The notes beneath the pieces are model-generated. The model was not told the origin of the DNA and searched no databases. It was given only the letters and a program-made list of their open reading frames with translations. DNA of 64,000 bases from Eledone cirrhosa (taxonomy: Eukaryota). The translations under genes were made by a program, and so were the position numbers. Shown piece after piece: positions 15,370 through 30,344 of this stretch. Location: contig OZ024749.1 in NCBI GenBank assembly GCA_964016885.1, positions 56,668,001-56,732,000 of the forward strand, in the 5' to 3' direction. The stretch's first letter is position 1, and every line of letters starts with the position of its first letter.

Positions 15370-15876
15370 GTATTCATGTACATATATATATATATGTATA
15401 CATGCATGTGAGTGTAGGAATGTATATATATATTTATAAATATATACACCATACACACACTGACACGCAAGTATTTTGTGTGTGGGGGAGGGGGGGGAAA
15501 GAGAGGTAGAGGTCTATACATATATATGTACCAATTACACTCTCTAATTTCAAGTATTCAACGTGTTGCCTACGTCAAAATTCTAAACCATGACACATAA
15601 GACGAGGTCCATTTAACAGGTTTAATTGATGCTGGCAAAACGAATCATGGCTATACTCCAGTAGAGATGATTTATACGCAAAAATGTATATAAGCTATAG
15701 CTCATACTTGCAGTTCACAGTATGTTCACAGGACCAAGTGATAAGATAGAGGAAAAAAATCCATGAAATACTAGTAATGTAAACTGAGGTAGCTGTGACA
15801 TCATCACATACTAAAACACATAGCGAAACATATGTTTAGTATACATAAGCATATCGTGTATGTCTTCTCATACACA

Positions 15877-16184
<308 letters not shown>

Positions 16185-16548
16185 TTGGAGAGAAAGAGGG
16201 AGAGAGGAGAGAGAGAGGGAGGGAGAGAGGAGATAGAGAGTACAATCAAAATTAGTGTTGCATACTAACTAACACACACACATGTGTCCGTCTGTCAGTG
16301 TGTTATGTGTGTTCATTCCATAATGATTCTAACATGTTATAGATATGTCTAACATTCCTATAGTTGTGTTGATGTGAAGTGAAAATTAGATGAACAGATT
16401 TGGAATCTCCTTCAGACCGTCGACGGAAATATAGAAATGACTGAAATAACTTCTGTCAAGATAAGTCTTACAAACTATTTTCTTTTACAAATATTATTGA
16501 CGTAAACTACTCTTTCTAACACGTTCTTTGTTTTGTCCTTGTTGTATG

Positions 16549-16605
<57 letters not shown>

Positions 16606-16670
16606 TCACACACATATATATTATATATATATATATACATATATATGTACATATATATATATATATACAC

Positions 16671-16707
<37 letters not shown>

Positions 16708-16936
16708 TATACACACATATATATACACGTGTGTATGAATGTTTATATGAATGCATATTTATATATATATACATATACGTATTCATATATGTGTGTATGT
16801 GCAAGTGTGCCTATGTGTGTGTGTGTGTTTATATGTCATATTTTGATAGAGTATGTGGCTCTATGTTTGAATATAGTGCTTCTTCTCCTACATTATATTA
16901 GTTCAACATAGTTATAATTGTCGGTTTTTCTTTAGT

Positions 16937-17272
16937 ACCACCGCCATTACCACTACGACCGCTATTACCACTACCGCCGCCATTACCACTACGACCGCCA
17001 TTACCACTACGACCACCATTACCACTACGACCGCCATTACCACTACCGCCGCCATTACCACTACCGCCGCCATTACCACTACCCCCGCCATTACCACTAC
17101 CGCCGCCATTACCACTACGACCACCATTACCACTACGACCGCCATTACCACTACCGCCGCCATTACCACTACGACCGCCATTACCACTACGACCGCCATT
17201 ACCACTACCGCCGCCATTACCACTACGATCGCCATTACCACTACCGCCGCCATTACCACTACCGCCGCCATT
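16937..17272. repeat. 18-bp minisatellite (ccgccattaccactacga / ..accg), ~18 units
   Basis: Directly visible; source of the MAAVVV repeat ORF. Confidence 0.95.
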
Positions 17273-17293
17273 CTCTAATCTGGTTTTATGTCA

Positions 17294-17512
17294 TAATGGT
17301 TTCTGATTTAGGCACATAGCCAATAATTTGGGGGCGGAGGAAATTTGATTAAATCTACCTCAGTGCATTACTGGTACTTTATTTTACCGATCCTGTAAAT
17401 ATGAAAAGCAAAGGTAATCTCGGCCGGATTTGAACCCAGAACCACAATCGACGTAACTAAATGCTGCAAAAGATGTTTTCCGACACTCTGCCGATTATTG
17501 CCAGTCCAGTAC
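17294..17512 (-). mobile_element. SINE family A, near full length, long-tail type
   Basis: Reverse complement shows A box, gggttcaaatcc B box, core and gtgcctaaatcagaaacca tail. Confidence 0.8.
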
Positions 17513-17529
17513 CCTAATTGAATATATGT

Positions 17530-17674
17530 TGGTTTCTGATTTAGGCACAAGGCTATCAATTTTTTAGGGGTGCGGAAAGTCGATCATATCCATTCCAGTA
17601 CATTACTGGTACTTTATTTCATCGCCCCCGTAAGGATGAACGGCAAAGCTAACCTCGACGGGATTTGAACTCAG
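17530..17674 (-). mobile_element. SINE family A, 5'-truncated, long-tail type
   Basis: Same motifs, adjacent to the previous copy. Confidence 0.85.
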
Positions 17675-17910
17675 GTTACTGTCAAGTGATTCTGTTCAAA
17701 TGACCAGGGAGGGAGGGGGGGGGGTGTCTACAGTTGATTGATAACTACGTGTTTTATCGACTATATCGATATTGAAAATCAAAATTGTTATCATTTAAGA
17801 TGAAACAAATAATTTCTACTTGGCATAATTTAAATTTACGTAGTTAAGGGAAACCTTTACATAATTAGGTGGGTATAACTGCCATTTATATTAATTCTCG
17901 AGTTTGAAAA

Positions 17911-18011
17911 ATAATTGTTTCTACTTTTGGCACAAGGCCAGCAATTACCCAGTGCATTACTGGTACTTTATTTTATCGACCCCGTAAGGATGAAAGGCAA
18001 AGTTAACCTCG
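17911..18011 (-). mobile_element. SINE family A, 5'-truncated, short-tail type
   Basis: aattgtttctacttttggcacaaggccagcaattacccagtgcattactggtac; nearly identical to 29768 copy. Confidence 0.85.
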
Positions 18012-18695
18012 AGGTTCAGGAAAAAGGGGTCAGGATATGCAATGTAAATGTTGTTGATTTTCAACGGGTATTAATAGCGTGAGATATAGCATTGGCTTGT
18101 AAACTTGATATCCACACCGAATCGCTAGGTCTGCTTATTGTTACAGCATACATCATGTTATGTATATAATTATATATACATACATACACATATGTGCATA
18201 TATATATATAACTACATACATATACATATATATATAACTACATATACATATAGATATATATATATATATATATAATTGTATATACACACATATAATTACA
18301 CACACACACATATATAATTACACACATGTGCATATATATATATCCTATACGAAATTATTTACACTCATTAATCATCCCCGTGTGTCCATCCTACCGTAAA
18401 AGGAAGGTAAAGAGCAGGAGAGAAATTTCCAATTTCCAACCCAGAAAAAACTCACCACAAATAATAAATAAAATAAATAAATATAATGTAGAGATTAATT
18501 TTGGAAAAAAACATGGAATTATGCTACGAAACCTTGGTGCTATTTTTGTCCTTCTATACCAGGTTACGATACACACACATAAATCCACACACATACACAC
18601 TTATATATATACATGTATATACATATACATGTATATATGTATATTTTACATGTTTATTTACATGAACATTTCATATATGATTCAATATACATCGG

Positions 18696-18782
<87 letters not shown>

Positions 18783-18785
<3 letters not shown>

Positions 18786-18990
18786 GTTATTCCGGGTTGA
18801 ATCGGAGGTAACCACAGTAAGTAAGGTACTCAATACATTGCAGAGTATAAAAGTTTTTATATAGATGAAATTCTACAGGACTAGAACTGTTTCATTCTTT
18901 AGAAATCATCAGGAATCTCATGAGATTCCTTATGATTTCTAGAGAATCAAACAGTTCTAGTCCTGTAGAATCTCATCTATATTAAAACTA
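18783..18990 (-). mobile_element. HH1 element (HHR plus tail) with inverted partial duplication
   Basis: Palindrome centred 18920/18921; tail ggtaaccacagtaagtaaggtact recurs at 28764, 50553 and reversed near 59820. Confidence 0.8.
18866..18920 (-). ncRNA. Type I hammerhead ribozyme, canonical core
   Basis: tgagattc-CTGATGA-tttctaaagaat-GAAA-cag-ttctagtc-ctg-TA-gaatttca; 8-bp stem I with one G.U; the + strand twin 18921-18975 has G5U and G12C mutations. Confidence 0.75.
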
Positions 18991-19005
18991 TATATATATA
19001 TATAT

Positions 19006-19063
19006 GAAAATGTTTAACCCCGACGGCAGAGCTCAAGCCGTTTCGACGGCTAGTTTTGGACTC
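19006..19063 (-). mobile_element. HH3 element fragment (hammerhead 3' half)
   Basis: Minus strand tagccgtc-GAAA-cggc-ttgagctct-gccg-TC-ggggttaaacattttc. Confidence 0.7.
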
Positions 19064-19239
19064 ATATATATATATGTGTGTGTGTGTGTGCGTGCGCATG
19101 CGTGTAGCTCGCATTTCCTATGTGTATGCTAATACTTCGATTTTTCTCAAACGCGAGAGAGAGGGAGAGATAAAGAATTAGTAAAACATGTATAATACAT
19201 ATCAAAATAACAGAAAATATATAGGATTATGATTTAGGG

Positions 19240-20286
<1,047 letters not shown>

Positions 20287-21185
20287 AGAACCTAGCCCAA
20301 ATAATAAAAAACCAAACAAAAAGGTACAATAAATAAATAATAAATAAATACTTCATTTCACATAAGGCTCCAAATCCAATATTTACATCATTAATATGTA
20401 ATTTCTGTCTCTCTCTGTTAATGTAGGACTCGACAAAACAGGATAAAAACTAATCGAAAAACTACGCACTAAAATCCTTTATCACTACCACATATAACTC
20501 CAGCTAACTACCATCGTCACTCTTGCGGGCGGGAACAGGGAAGAATGAGACACCGCCATTATAAGTAAAAATAGAAATAAATGAATTAAAACAAAATCCA
20601 GAAACAACATTAACATCAACAACATTAATAAATATAACAATAATGTCATTAATATGTAAAAGAAATATTTATTAAATATATATATACACAACCATAAATC
20701 TATCTATCAATATATATACAACCATACATCTATCTATCTATCTCTCTCTCTATATATATATGCACACATACACAACCGTACATCTATAGCTATATATATA
20801 TATATATATATATACACACAATCAAACTAGTTAGAGGAAGTAAAACATATTACAATATTACTCTGTTTTACGTTATCTGGTTATATTATCTTCCAATTAT
20901 CATGTATGTACATATACATGCATACACGCATATATGTACATATGTATGTACATATGCATGCATATATGTACATATGTATGTACACATGCATGCATATATG
21001 TACATATGTACACACGTATGCATATATGTACATATGTATGTACACACGCATGCATATATGTATGCATACGTTTAAAATATACATATATATATATCTATAT
21101 ATCTATGTATTTAAAAAGTAAACAGATATAACAAAGCAAACGACACAGTACAATGAAGAAATTATATATATAGATGTATGACTGC

Positions 21186-21269
<84 letters not shown>

Positions 21270-21497
21270 CCGGGTTGGTAAAGATAGAGAGAATGAAAAA
21301 GTCGGCATCAAGAGATGAAGAAGAGAATGGAAAGAATGAAAAGAAAGAGAAAGAAGAATAGATTAATATATAGAGATGTAAAGAGGCTTTTATTGTTTCT
21401 AACGATGAGTAATCAGGAGTTATGTATGGAATAAGTTATACTACTTATGACACGAGGACAATAAAATTGTGTTGTAACAAAGACACGACCATACATG

Positions 21498-21552
<55 letters not shown>

Positions 21553-21811
21553 TACAAAGACCGAAATCCAAAGAGGACTCGATAAGTGTTTATATATATA
21601 TGGGACGAGTGGTTACACAACAGTTAGTTCACCATATATATATATATATATATACATATATATACATATATATATATATATATAAACTCATAGAACAAAT
21701 ATTTATTATTAGTACCGACTATAGGTTTAAACAATAAGTTTCCAATTATCTCGCTTAGGATGAAAGCAGAAATTGATTGCTTAAGCTTTTAACCTTCAAT
21801 AATAATAATAA

Positions 21812-21858
<47 letters not shown>

Positions 21859-22460
21859 ATATATATGCATACATACACACACACACACATTATATATATA
21901 TATATACATACATATACCCGAGACATATTTTGGACAACATGTCCCACTTCAGTAAAGTTTTATTGTTGCCTGAGCTGATATTTTAATATTTTCTCAGCGT
22001 TAATCATACGTTTTAGGTTTTCTGTCGAAGAGTCTAAGGATTTAATATTAGATACTGTTTTATATATAGAAAAAGACGCCACATTTTGACCTCCTCAGAT
22101 ATCGTATATTGTTGTACAGCTTAATGTCTGTGGTGACTGGCACTAATTTTGTCAAATACTTTGGCAGTCTTACCTCATATGATGTTATCTAAATAACAAT
22201 ACGTGCTTCTCAACACATTTCCATAAGTAAAATTGTGTATAGTTTATTGGAAACACGCAACATAGTTTGTTCAACCGAAATTAATACGTTTAAACAAGGT
22301 GAGTAATCTACTTAAATGACGTCTTCTCAGAACATTCTATTCACTTCCGATCAGATCATTTAAACTTACTTGGTAATTACTTATACAAAAATCTAGTGAC
22401 AAGTTGCAGAAGTCTCTAGGCGGATCGACTTGCTACGAAACCAAAGCCAACATACACACA

Positions 22461-22546
<86 letters not shown>

Positions 22547-22549
<3 letters not shown>

Positions 22550-22634
22550 TGGTAAGGAACCAGTTGAACCATACGCACCAGAGTTCGGATCTAGCTGTTG
22601 AAACGGCCAGAGCTCAGCCGTCGGGGCTATTCCA
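22547..22634. mobile_element. HH3 element: reversed tail joined to + strand hammerhead 3' half
   Basis: gtgtggtaaggaaccag.. (reverse of the 41741 tail) then GAAA-cggc-cagagctca-gccg-TC-gggg. Confidence 0.65.
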
Positions 22635-22654
22635 ATCCCCCCGTCCCCTCAATC

Positions 22655-22790
22655 TATCTTATTTCTCATTCTTTCTTCTAATGAAGGACTAGCGTCCGAA
22701 ATGTGGAGACCCTCTTCCTGCTATTTCAAGCGTTAATCTAATATATCCCTTCCATATACTGTACTGATTGTGTTGTTATTTCTGTTTACC
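22655..22790 (+). mobile_element. HH2 element with degenerate hammerhead
   Basis: tctt-CTAATGA-a-ggac-tagc-gtcc-GAAA-tgt; homologous to copies near 53030, 53480 and 54740. Confidence 0.55.
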
Positions 22791-22961
22791 TTTTACATTA
22801 TATATATATATATATCATATTAATATAGGTATGTGTGTATGTATGTGTATGTACAAGTATGTTTGGGTGTACAGTGCCATCCCTATGAGAGAGAGTGTGT
22901 GTGTGTGTGTATATATATATATAGAGAGAGAGAGGGGGAGAGAGAGAGGGAGAGAGAGAGG

Positions 22962-23231
22962 GGAAAAGATGAAATCGAAAATGCAACAGGAGTCTTTTTT
23001 TTTTAAAATATATATTTATTTGGTTCCTTTACCGGTTTCAGAGTTCTTCTGCTTTTCAAAAGTAGAATTGAGATAGAGGGTTTGTGGTTTTTCTCACATC
23101 TCATGCGAGAAAAACCAGTTACCCTCCATCATTCTACTTTTGAAAAGCAGAAGAACTGTGAAACCTGTAAAGGAACCAAATAAATATTCTTAAGAAGAAT
23201 CCAGTTGCATTTTAGATTTCATCTTTTTTCC
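22962..23231. mobile_element. HH5 fold-back element with two inverted U3-A8 hammerheads
   Basis: ~130-bp arms; + arm ctt-TTGAAAA-gcag-aagaa-ctgt-GAAA-cctg-TA-aag (23137-23172); minus arm has the same motif with ccgg. Confidence 0.75.
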
Positions 23232-23290
23232 TTATACTTTCACTCGTGTAGGACACCTCGTTTCTTTTTCTTTTTGTAAAAAAACCTCAC

Positions 23291-23327
<37 letters not shown>

Positions 23328-23330
<3 letters not shown>

Positions 23331-23445
23331 CGAAGGAAATGTGGTAAGGAACCAGATGGACCATAACGCACCAAAGTACTCAATACTTAGGGTAGTAGAG
23401 TGGGTAATATGAACGAGTAGCTCAGCCGTCGGGGTCCTACTCGTT

Positions 23446-23449
<4 letters not shown>
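23328..23449. mobile_element. HH3 element, reversed tail plus short inversion
   Basis: Reverse complement of 41660-41741 tail, then gaacgagtag..gccgtcggggtc..ctactcgttc. Confidence 0.7.
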
Positions 23450-23480
<31 letters not shown>

Positions 23481-23994
23481 GGCCATCGAAACTTAGAAGT
23501 CAATGCCAATCTAACATTCACGAATTTTTTTTATATATTCGCGTAAAGTTGGAAATACCAACTGAAATCTTAAGAAGGTTTACTTATAATATCCCAGAAT
23601 CCCTAGCTCTAGAAATCCTCGGTGGCTTTATTAAATGTCCATACGTGCATTGTATTTTTTCACCGTATAGAAAACCGTCTTATAATTACTACACGCAAGC
23701 TACTGTATCCACGACCTCTATATCTTCTAGTTTCACTTACTTTGTCCACTCTCGCTCTCATTAATATTTAATCATGTGTGGCTAGGAACCTAAATGCAAG
23801 GCGTATTAGTAAAACATAATGCACTTGTGACGAATACAATGCATTAATTTGAAATATGTTCTGGTGTGGAGGAAATATTATTGAAATATGAATGATATAT
23901 ATACTGGTGTGTGTGTGTATGTATATATATATATATGTATATATATATGTATATATATATATGTATATATATATGTATATATATATATATATTA

Positions 23995-24457
23995 CTCTTT
24001 TACTCTGTTTCAGCCATCCGGCTGAGGCCATGCTGGGGCACCGCCCTTGTTGCTACACATTTTATCTCCAGCCTGTATAGGTTGGCCACTGGTGTAAGAG
24101 GGAGTTTGTTGCTGCTGCCCTTAGGTTTCTCCCATGCCTTGCTGTGGGCTCATCCGGGATCCTGGATAACAAGGTGTCGAGATGTTTCTTGAAGACATCC
24201 ATCTCCACGATCCCTCGGCAGCTTGATGAAGAGATGAGGGCCCTTGAATCCCAGGCTATTGCAATACCTGCTCCTTATTCTAGATGTGGAAGACGGGACC
24301 TTTGGCACCACACAGTGACGTCCTGTTCGACGGTTGGTCCAGCTCCCAATGCCAAAGTTTGGTGCTAGTCCCTCCAGGATTTTCCACATGTAGATCACTG
24401 CGTATCTCTCCCGTCTTCGTTCCAAGGAGTAGAGGTTCAGTTCCTTTAGCCTCTCAT
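23995..24457 (-). mobile_element. CR1-group LINE 3' end (ORF2 C-terminus plus 3' UTR), 5'-truncated
   Basis: Translation [49 protein letters not shown], typical of the CR1/L2-group ORF2 C-terminal region; flanked by (TA)n. Confidence 0.85.
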
Positions 24458-24459
24458 GT

Positions 24460-24485
24460 GTATATATATGTATATATATATATAA

Positions 24486-24529
<44 letters not shown>

Positions 24530-24696
24530 ATACTTGGGGAGGGTCATATATATACATATATATATATGTATATATATATGATATATATATGTATATATAT
24601 ATGATATATATATGTATATATATATGAATATATATATATATGTATATATATATATGTATATATATATATATGTATATATATATGTATATATATATG

Positions 24697-24753
<57 letters not shown>

Positions 24754-24811
24754 GTATATATATATATGTATATATATATGATATATATATGTATATATAT
24801 ATGTATATATG

Positions 24812-24847
<36 letters not shown>

Positions 24848-24858
24848 TATAATATATG

Positions 24859-24913
<55 letters not shown>

Positions 24914-24920
24914 GTATATA

Positions 24921-24973
<53 letters not shown>

Positions 24974-25063
24974 GTATGTAAATATATATATATGTATATA
25001 TATATGTATATATATATGTATATATATATGTATATATATATATGTATATACATATATACATAC

Positions 25064-25111
<48 letters not shown>

Positions 25112-25316
25112 GTATATATATATGTATATATATATGTATATATATATGTGTATATATATATGTATATATATATGATATATATATGTATATATATATATGT
25201 ACATATATATGTATATATATATATGTATCTATATATGATATATATATGTATATATATATGTATATATATGTATATATATATGTATATATATATGTATATA
25301 TATATGTATATATATT
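24460..25316. repeat. Long (TA)n/(TATG) microsatellite
   Basis: Directly visible. Confidence 0.95.
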
Positions 25317-26238
25317 ATCGTATATCTGTGTATAGCAGTGTGTGTGTGTGTGTGTGTGCCTGTGTGTGTGTGTTTTTGTCCACAATATTTGGTGTAACCC
25401 AACTCAGTTTTCTCTTTCAAATTCTATTTTTAATAGCTTAATATGTTTGTGTATTATGTTATTTTCTCTGTCCCCTATTTTGTAATGTGTCATTTTAGGG
25501 AGCTGGAATTCCATTAAACACCGTTCCTTTGAATTATTAGGTGGAAAGTCTTAAGGAAATGCTTTTAGCATTTTTTTTCTTAACCTACTACAAGAATGAT
25601 CAACGTATATTGTATTGTTTTCCATGTTTTTTTAAAGAGTATATGACAGAAGGTGTCTATACTTTCAGGTTAAAGTCTAAGACGTTGATGGCTTTTAGTC
25701 TCGTCTCAAATGAAGAATCCTAATGGAAGTTTTTCCAGAATTTGTCAAATAGTTGTTATTATCAGAATTAAGGTTAGACCAACACCTAATTATAATTGTC
25801 GTTGTAGTCTGTGAAATGTGTGTAAATTAGTTACTATGTACAGGACAAAAAAGTTCTTTAAGACAATACTTCCCTCAAATGATTGTTGAGTGCCTGTCTT
25901 GGTGTTATTAGAGAATGGCAACGATTTCCTGGCTTTTAATATGATTTTAAAGTTGAAACATTTGATTTCTGTGTTGAATTTACCAAAGTTTAAGACGGTG
26001 TGTAATATAGGTTTATAAGTTTAATATAATACTCCTTCATCTAGACCTGGAGGAGGAAGCAGTTTTCTTTGTGTTCGACATTTTAAGTGATTCTATTACA
26101 GAGGCTGTAAAAGCGAATGCCTAGAATCGTTTGGCAAGGGTTTATAAGTCTAACCGAAAAGATGTTAATGTTGAGCTTTTGGTCTTTAACTGTAATATAA
26201 GGTTTACTAGCTGTGACATTATCTACTCAGTCTTCATT

Positions 26239-26426
26239 GTAGATTGGCAGTATCGGTAGAGGGTCGGTCGCCATGCTTTGTAGCAAAGAGTTACGGCCCT
26301 TTATGGTCTGAGTTCAAATCTCGCCGAGGTAAGCTTTGCCTTTCACCCTTACGGGGTCGATAAAATAAAGTACCAGTAATGTACAGGGTAATTGCTGGCC
26401 TGGTGCCAAAAGTAGAAACAATTATT
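26239..26426 (+). mobile_element. SINE family A, near full length, short-tail type
   Basis: A box tggcagtatcggtagag, B box gagttcaaatct, core gcctttcacccttacggggtcgataaaataaagtaccag. Confidence 0.9.
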
Positions 26427-26915
26427 TCAATTAGTGAAATAATTTTCTTCGAGTTAGGGGATGAGTTTGTATGCAAATGAAGTTAATAATGCAAATACAT
26501 TGTAAACATACTGAGAGGTTTGTATAGTGGATACGTTAATTTAGTGTCTAAAATGTTAATATCAGGAATAAATTAATTCTTTATATTCATTTAAATACAT
26601 AATTACTTGTTATATATAATATTGATAGAGAAATAAAATGGTTTCATTGTTCTAGAAATCTGCAGTTTTCAGATCTGGAGATGAGAAGGGCTCCACTGGG
26701 TTTTAAAATAAAATCACTGGCAACACTGTATGTCGATAGGGCTCCTTTACAGCTCCCTTGAGAGTTACGGGTCCATATATAAATACAATCATACATACAC
26801 ACACACACATAATCATATACACATACACACATACAGTCATACACACATAACACTGTAAAACATGTAAAAACTAAGTAAACAAGTTTTTTCGTCATAAATG
26901 TACATCATTATGTAT

Positions 26916-27107
26916 GGCGGTGGATTGGCAAGATCGGTAGAGGGTCGGACGCCATGCTTTGCAGCATAGAGTTACAGCCCTTTATGATCTGAGTTCAAAT
27001 CCCACCGAGGTTAACTTTATCTTTCATCCTTACGAAGTCGATAACATAAAGTAGCAGTTATACACTGGGATAATTGTTGGCCTTGTGCCAAAAGTAGAAA
27101 CAATTAT
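26916..27107 (+). mobile_element. SINE family A, full length, short-tail type
   Basis: Starts ggcggtggattggcaagatcggtagag; B box gagttcaaatccc; tail gtgccaaaagtagaaacaattat. Confidence 0.9.
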
Positions 27108-27658
27108 ATTTAGTATGTTAGTCTACGATCAAATCAAATATCCGAATAAAATACTCTTTCCCCGAATGTTTCATCAGCGAAAGGATTATCTAACTATAGA
27201 ACAAAGAAATAAATGTAAGATTGTATTCCAGGAAACCATTACACAGCGAAGATTAACCTTTCTCGCATACGTTCCTTGTGCACAACCAGGCTTAGAAATC
27301 TCTGTATTTAGCGATTATTCCTTGGAAAGAAAGGTTCCATGTGGATTAACAGCTCTCTCTCTATCTCCCCCCCTCTCTCTCTCTTTCAAGGTCAGTTTCC
27401 CACACAAAGAGAACGTTCTTCCTTTAACGAATAAAGTTATCTGTAGAAATATATAAACTGTCACTTTCATTAAAACGGAATATCATAGGCGCCATCTTTT
27501 ACTACCGATATTCTATAGAAAGGGAGACCATCAAATTATTGCGTGCAGTTTCTAATAATGAGTAGAAGAGATTATTGCAATTTACTGTAAGGTAAAGTTT
27601 GTTGTATTTTTTGTTACATTCTGTCTGTTATTTTCCGGTGTTGGTGATGTATTTGTGC

Positions 27659-27698
<40 letters not shown>

Positions 27699-27878
27699 TT
27701 TTTTTTTATTTCCCCCCTGCCATTAGCTCTTAAGAATATTAAATGAAATGAAATATGTTCTATATTCTCCATCAAAATATTTAAATATTAATCCAGGAAT
27801 TCGATTCAACTAATGTCAGAGTCATCTGACTTCGTTTCGGTGGTCGAATGAATGTTATGAAGAAACAAACGATTCGTC

Positions 27879-27964
<86 letters not shown>

Positions 27965-28763
27965 GAGAGAAAGAGAATCGGTGTTGCTTAACGTATTCAA
28001 TTATTGTTAGAATCTGTTATTTCTCCGCGAGACAAAGTTGACCAGAGTTCATTTTATGAGCCAACTACGCAGGTGCATTAGACTTTCTATTATTTCAAGT
28101 TATGGCTTTTGTTTCGTCAAAACATAATGCAGTGCAGCGCATAACGTTTGTATTCACAAACCTACAATGTTGATTTGATTTATCATTGAAAAATATCAGC
28201 ATTAAGCTCTGATGAGGATTTCTCTCTACAAAACTTAAACAAAACTAAATAAAAATATGAAAAAAAAAAAATGCATGGGTCTTATTTCTTGGACGACATC
28301 AACAATATCTTGACAATGTTAATAAAATATTTTTACCAGATTAAGAAAATCTTATTATCGGATCTAATACTGGATAGGTTTGCACTTTGATCTTTTTTAT
28401 TATAAGTTTTAGAACCATCCCGAGTAAGAATGCGAATCTAGTCAATATTTTATGTCCATCTTATCAGTTAAAATGTGTCAATGTATAACTTAAACTTCCA
28501 CTTTTAAAATCTTTTGGTATAGGATAGAAAAATAAGAGATAAACTGTATAAGTTACGTTTACTTCTCTGGGAAAAGAAGCAATAAAACCAGAATGCGATG
28601 GATGGAAATAATGTTTCAGACTATTGTTGGTCACCTGGCATACTGGATTTTAGTGATGTCCTTATAAATATCGAGATAGTCAAGTCAGTGGATAGTTTTG
28701 AATTTGTAAATATAACTGGTCCAACTACATTCCGCCTCCCTCTCTGTCTTTTTATATATATAA

Positions 28764-28888
28764 GTTTATCCCGGGTTCAATCGGGGGTAACCACAGTAAG
28801 TAAGGTACTTAATACATAGCAGAGTATAAATCTGATGATTTCTCCCGAATGAAACAGTTCTAGTCCTGTAGAAACCTTTTCTATATAT
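28764..28888. mobile_element. HH1 element: reversed tail joined to + strand hammerhead (28832-28870)
   Basis: CTGATGA-tttctcccgaat-GAAA-cag-ttctagtc-ctg-TA; 5' strand of stem I lost at the junction. Confidence 0.75.
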
Positions 28889-28952
28889 TATATATATAAA
28901 TCAGAGAGAAAGAGAGTGAAAGAGAGAGAGAAAGAAAGAGAGATAGCTAATT

Positions 28953-29039
<87 letters not shown>

Positions 29040-29240
29040 CATACATATACACGTATATGTCCAAGACTGAAGTCCGAAACACAAGACTGAAACGTCAGCC
29101 AGATTGGGGACACGTTGCCTGGTGACTGTGTTATCAATTACACAAAATGTCTTCTGATCGACAAATAATCAAAGAAATTCCACCCGTGACTCCCACATTT
29201 TTTCCTGTTTGTGAGTCCATGACTATGTTATCTACAGTAT

Positions 29241-29486
29241 TGTTGTTGTTGTGACAGCTCACACCTATGTAGGTTTAGCTGGCCTCCTCCAAGGTATATC
29301 TCGTTGAAGGTGTCTTGGGTAATTTAATGATAGGGACCCCAGTCCTATCATCTCATTTCTACAGCTGAGTAAACTGGAACAACGTGAAATAAAGTGTCTT
29401 GCTCAAGGAAACAACACATCACCCGGTCCGAGAATTGAACTCACTTGCAAGCCCAGTGCTCTAACCACTAAGCCATGCGCCTTCAC
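29241..29486 (-). mobile_element. SINE family B, full length, (CAA)n tail and target-site duplication
   Basis: Head gtgaaggcgcatggcttagtggttagagc; tctacagtat repeated at 29231-29240 and 29489-29498. Confidence 0.9.
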
Positions 29487-29767
29487 TTTCTACAGTATAC
29501 TTCCTTCAAAGTAGATAGTCAGTGATTTCAGGTTGATATTGGCTGCTATTTCTAACAGGATATGTGACCTCTTAGATAATTTATTGTTCGCTAGTAGGGA
29601 GTTGATGAAATCCTTCTGTCACAGTAAGACGCCTGAAACATCCCGAGATGATTCAACAGCAGCAGCGGGGGCACCGGAAAGGGAGGCGGTATTTTGTCAG
29701 TTCATTTCCAAACAGGAAACAGATATTGGTCGATAAGATATACACACACACACACACACACATATAT

Positions 29768-29956
29768 ATAATTGTTTCTACTTTAGGCACAAGGCCAGCA
29801 ATTACCCAGTGCATTACTGGTACTTTATTTCATCGACCCCGTAAGGATGAAAGGCAAAGTCAACCACGGCGGGATTTGAACTCAGATCGTAAAGGGCCGT
29901 AACTATGCTGGAAAACATGGCGTCCGACCCTCTACCGATACTGCCAATCCACCGCC
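29768..29956 (-). mobile_element. SINE family A, full length, short-tail type
   Basis: Reverse complement aligns end to end with 26916-27107. Confidence 0.9.
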
Positions 29957-30027
29957 CTTATATATAGATATATATATATAACCGCCCTTATATATCAATA
30001 TCATTATATATATATATATAATGATAT

Positions 30028-30067
<40 letters not shown>

Positions 30068-30225
30068 ATATATATACAGACAGACACACATATATATATA
30101 TATATGTATACATACATATGTTTTTATAGATACCTATGATTATGTGTGTGAGTGTGTCAGGGCTGTGTTCTATCCATCGTCGGTCAGAAAATATGCTTCA
30201 GTTTTTTAACTAACAGAATAGCCTA

Positions 30226-30344
<119 letters not shown>

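Noticed and set aside
25420-26220. Possible decayed LINE reverse transcriptase on the minus strand
   Set aside because: Only a weak LGIRF-like motif with many stops; needs tBLASTx
26916-27010. tRNA genes at SINE heads
   Set aside because: A/B boxes are present but no complete cloverleaf, and each continues into a SINE body
27150-27180. Minus-strand CTGATGA..GAAA
   Set aside because: Stems I-III do not pair
28209-28235. CTGATGAG as a hammerhead core
   Set aside because: No stem II-GAAA follows
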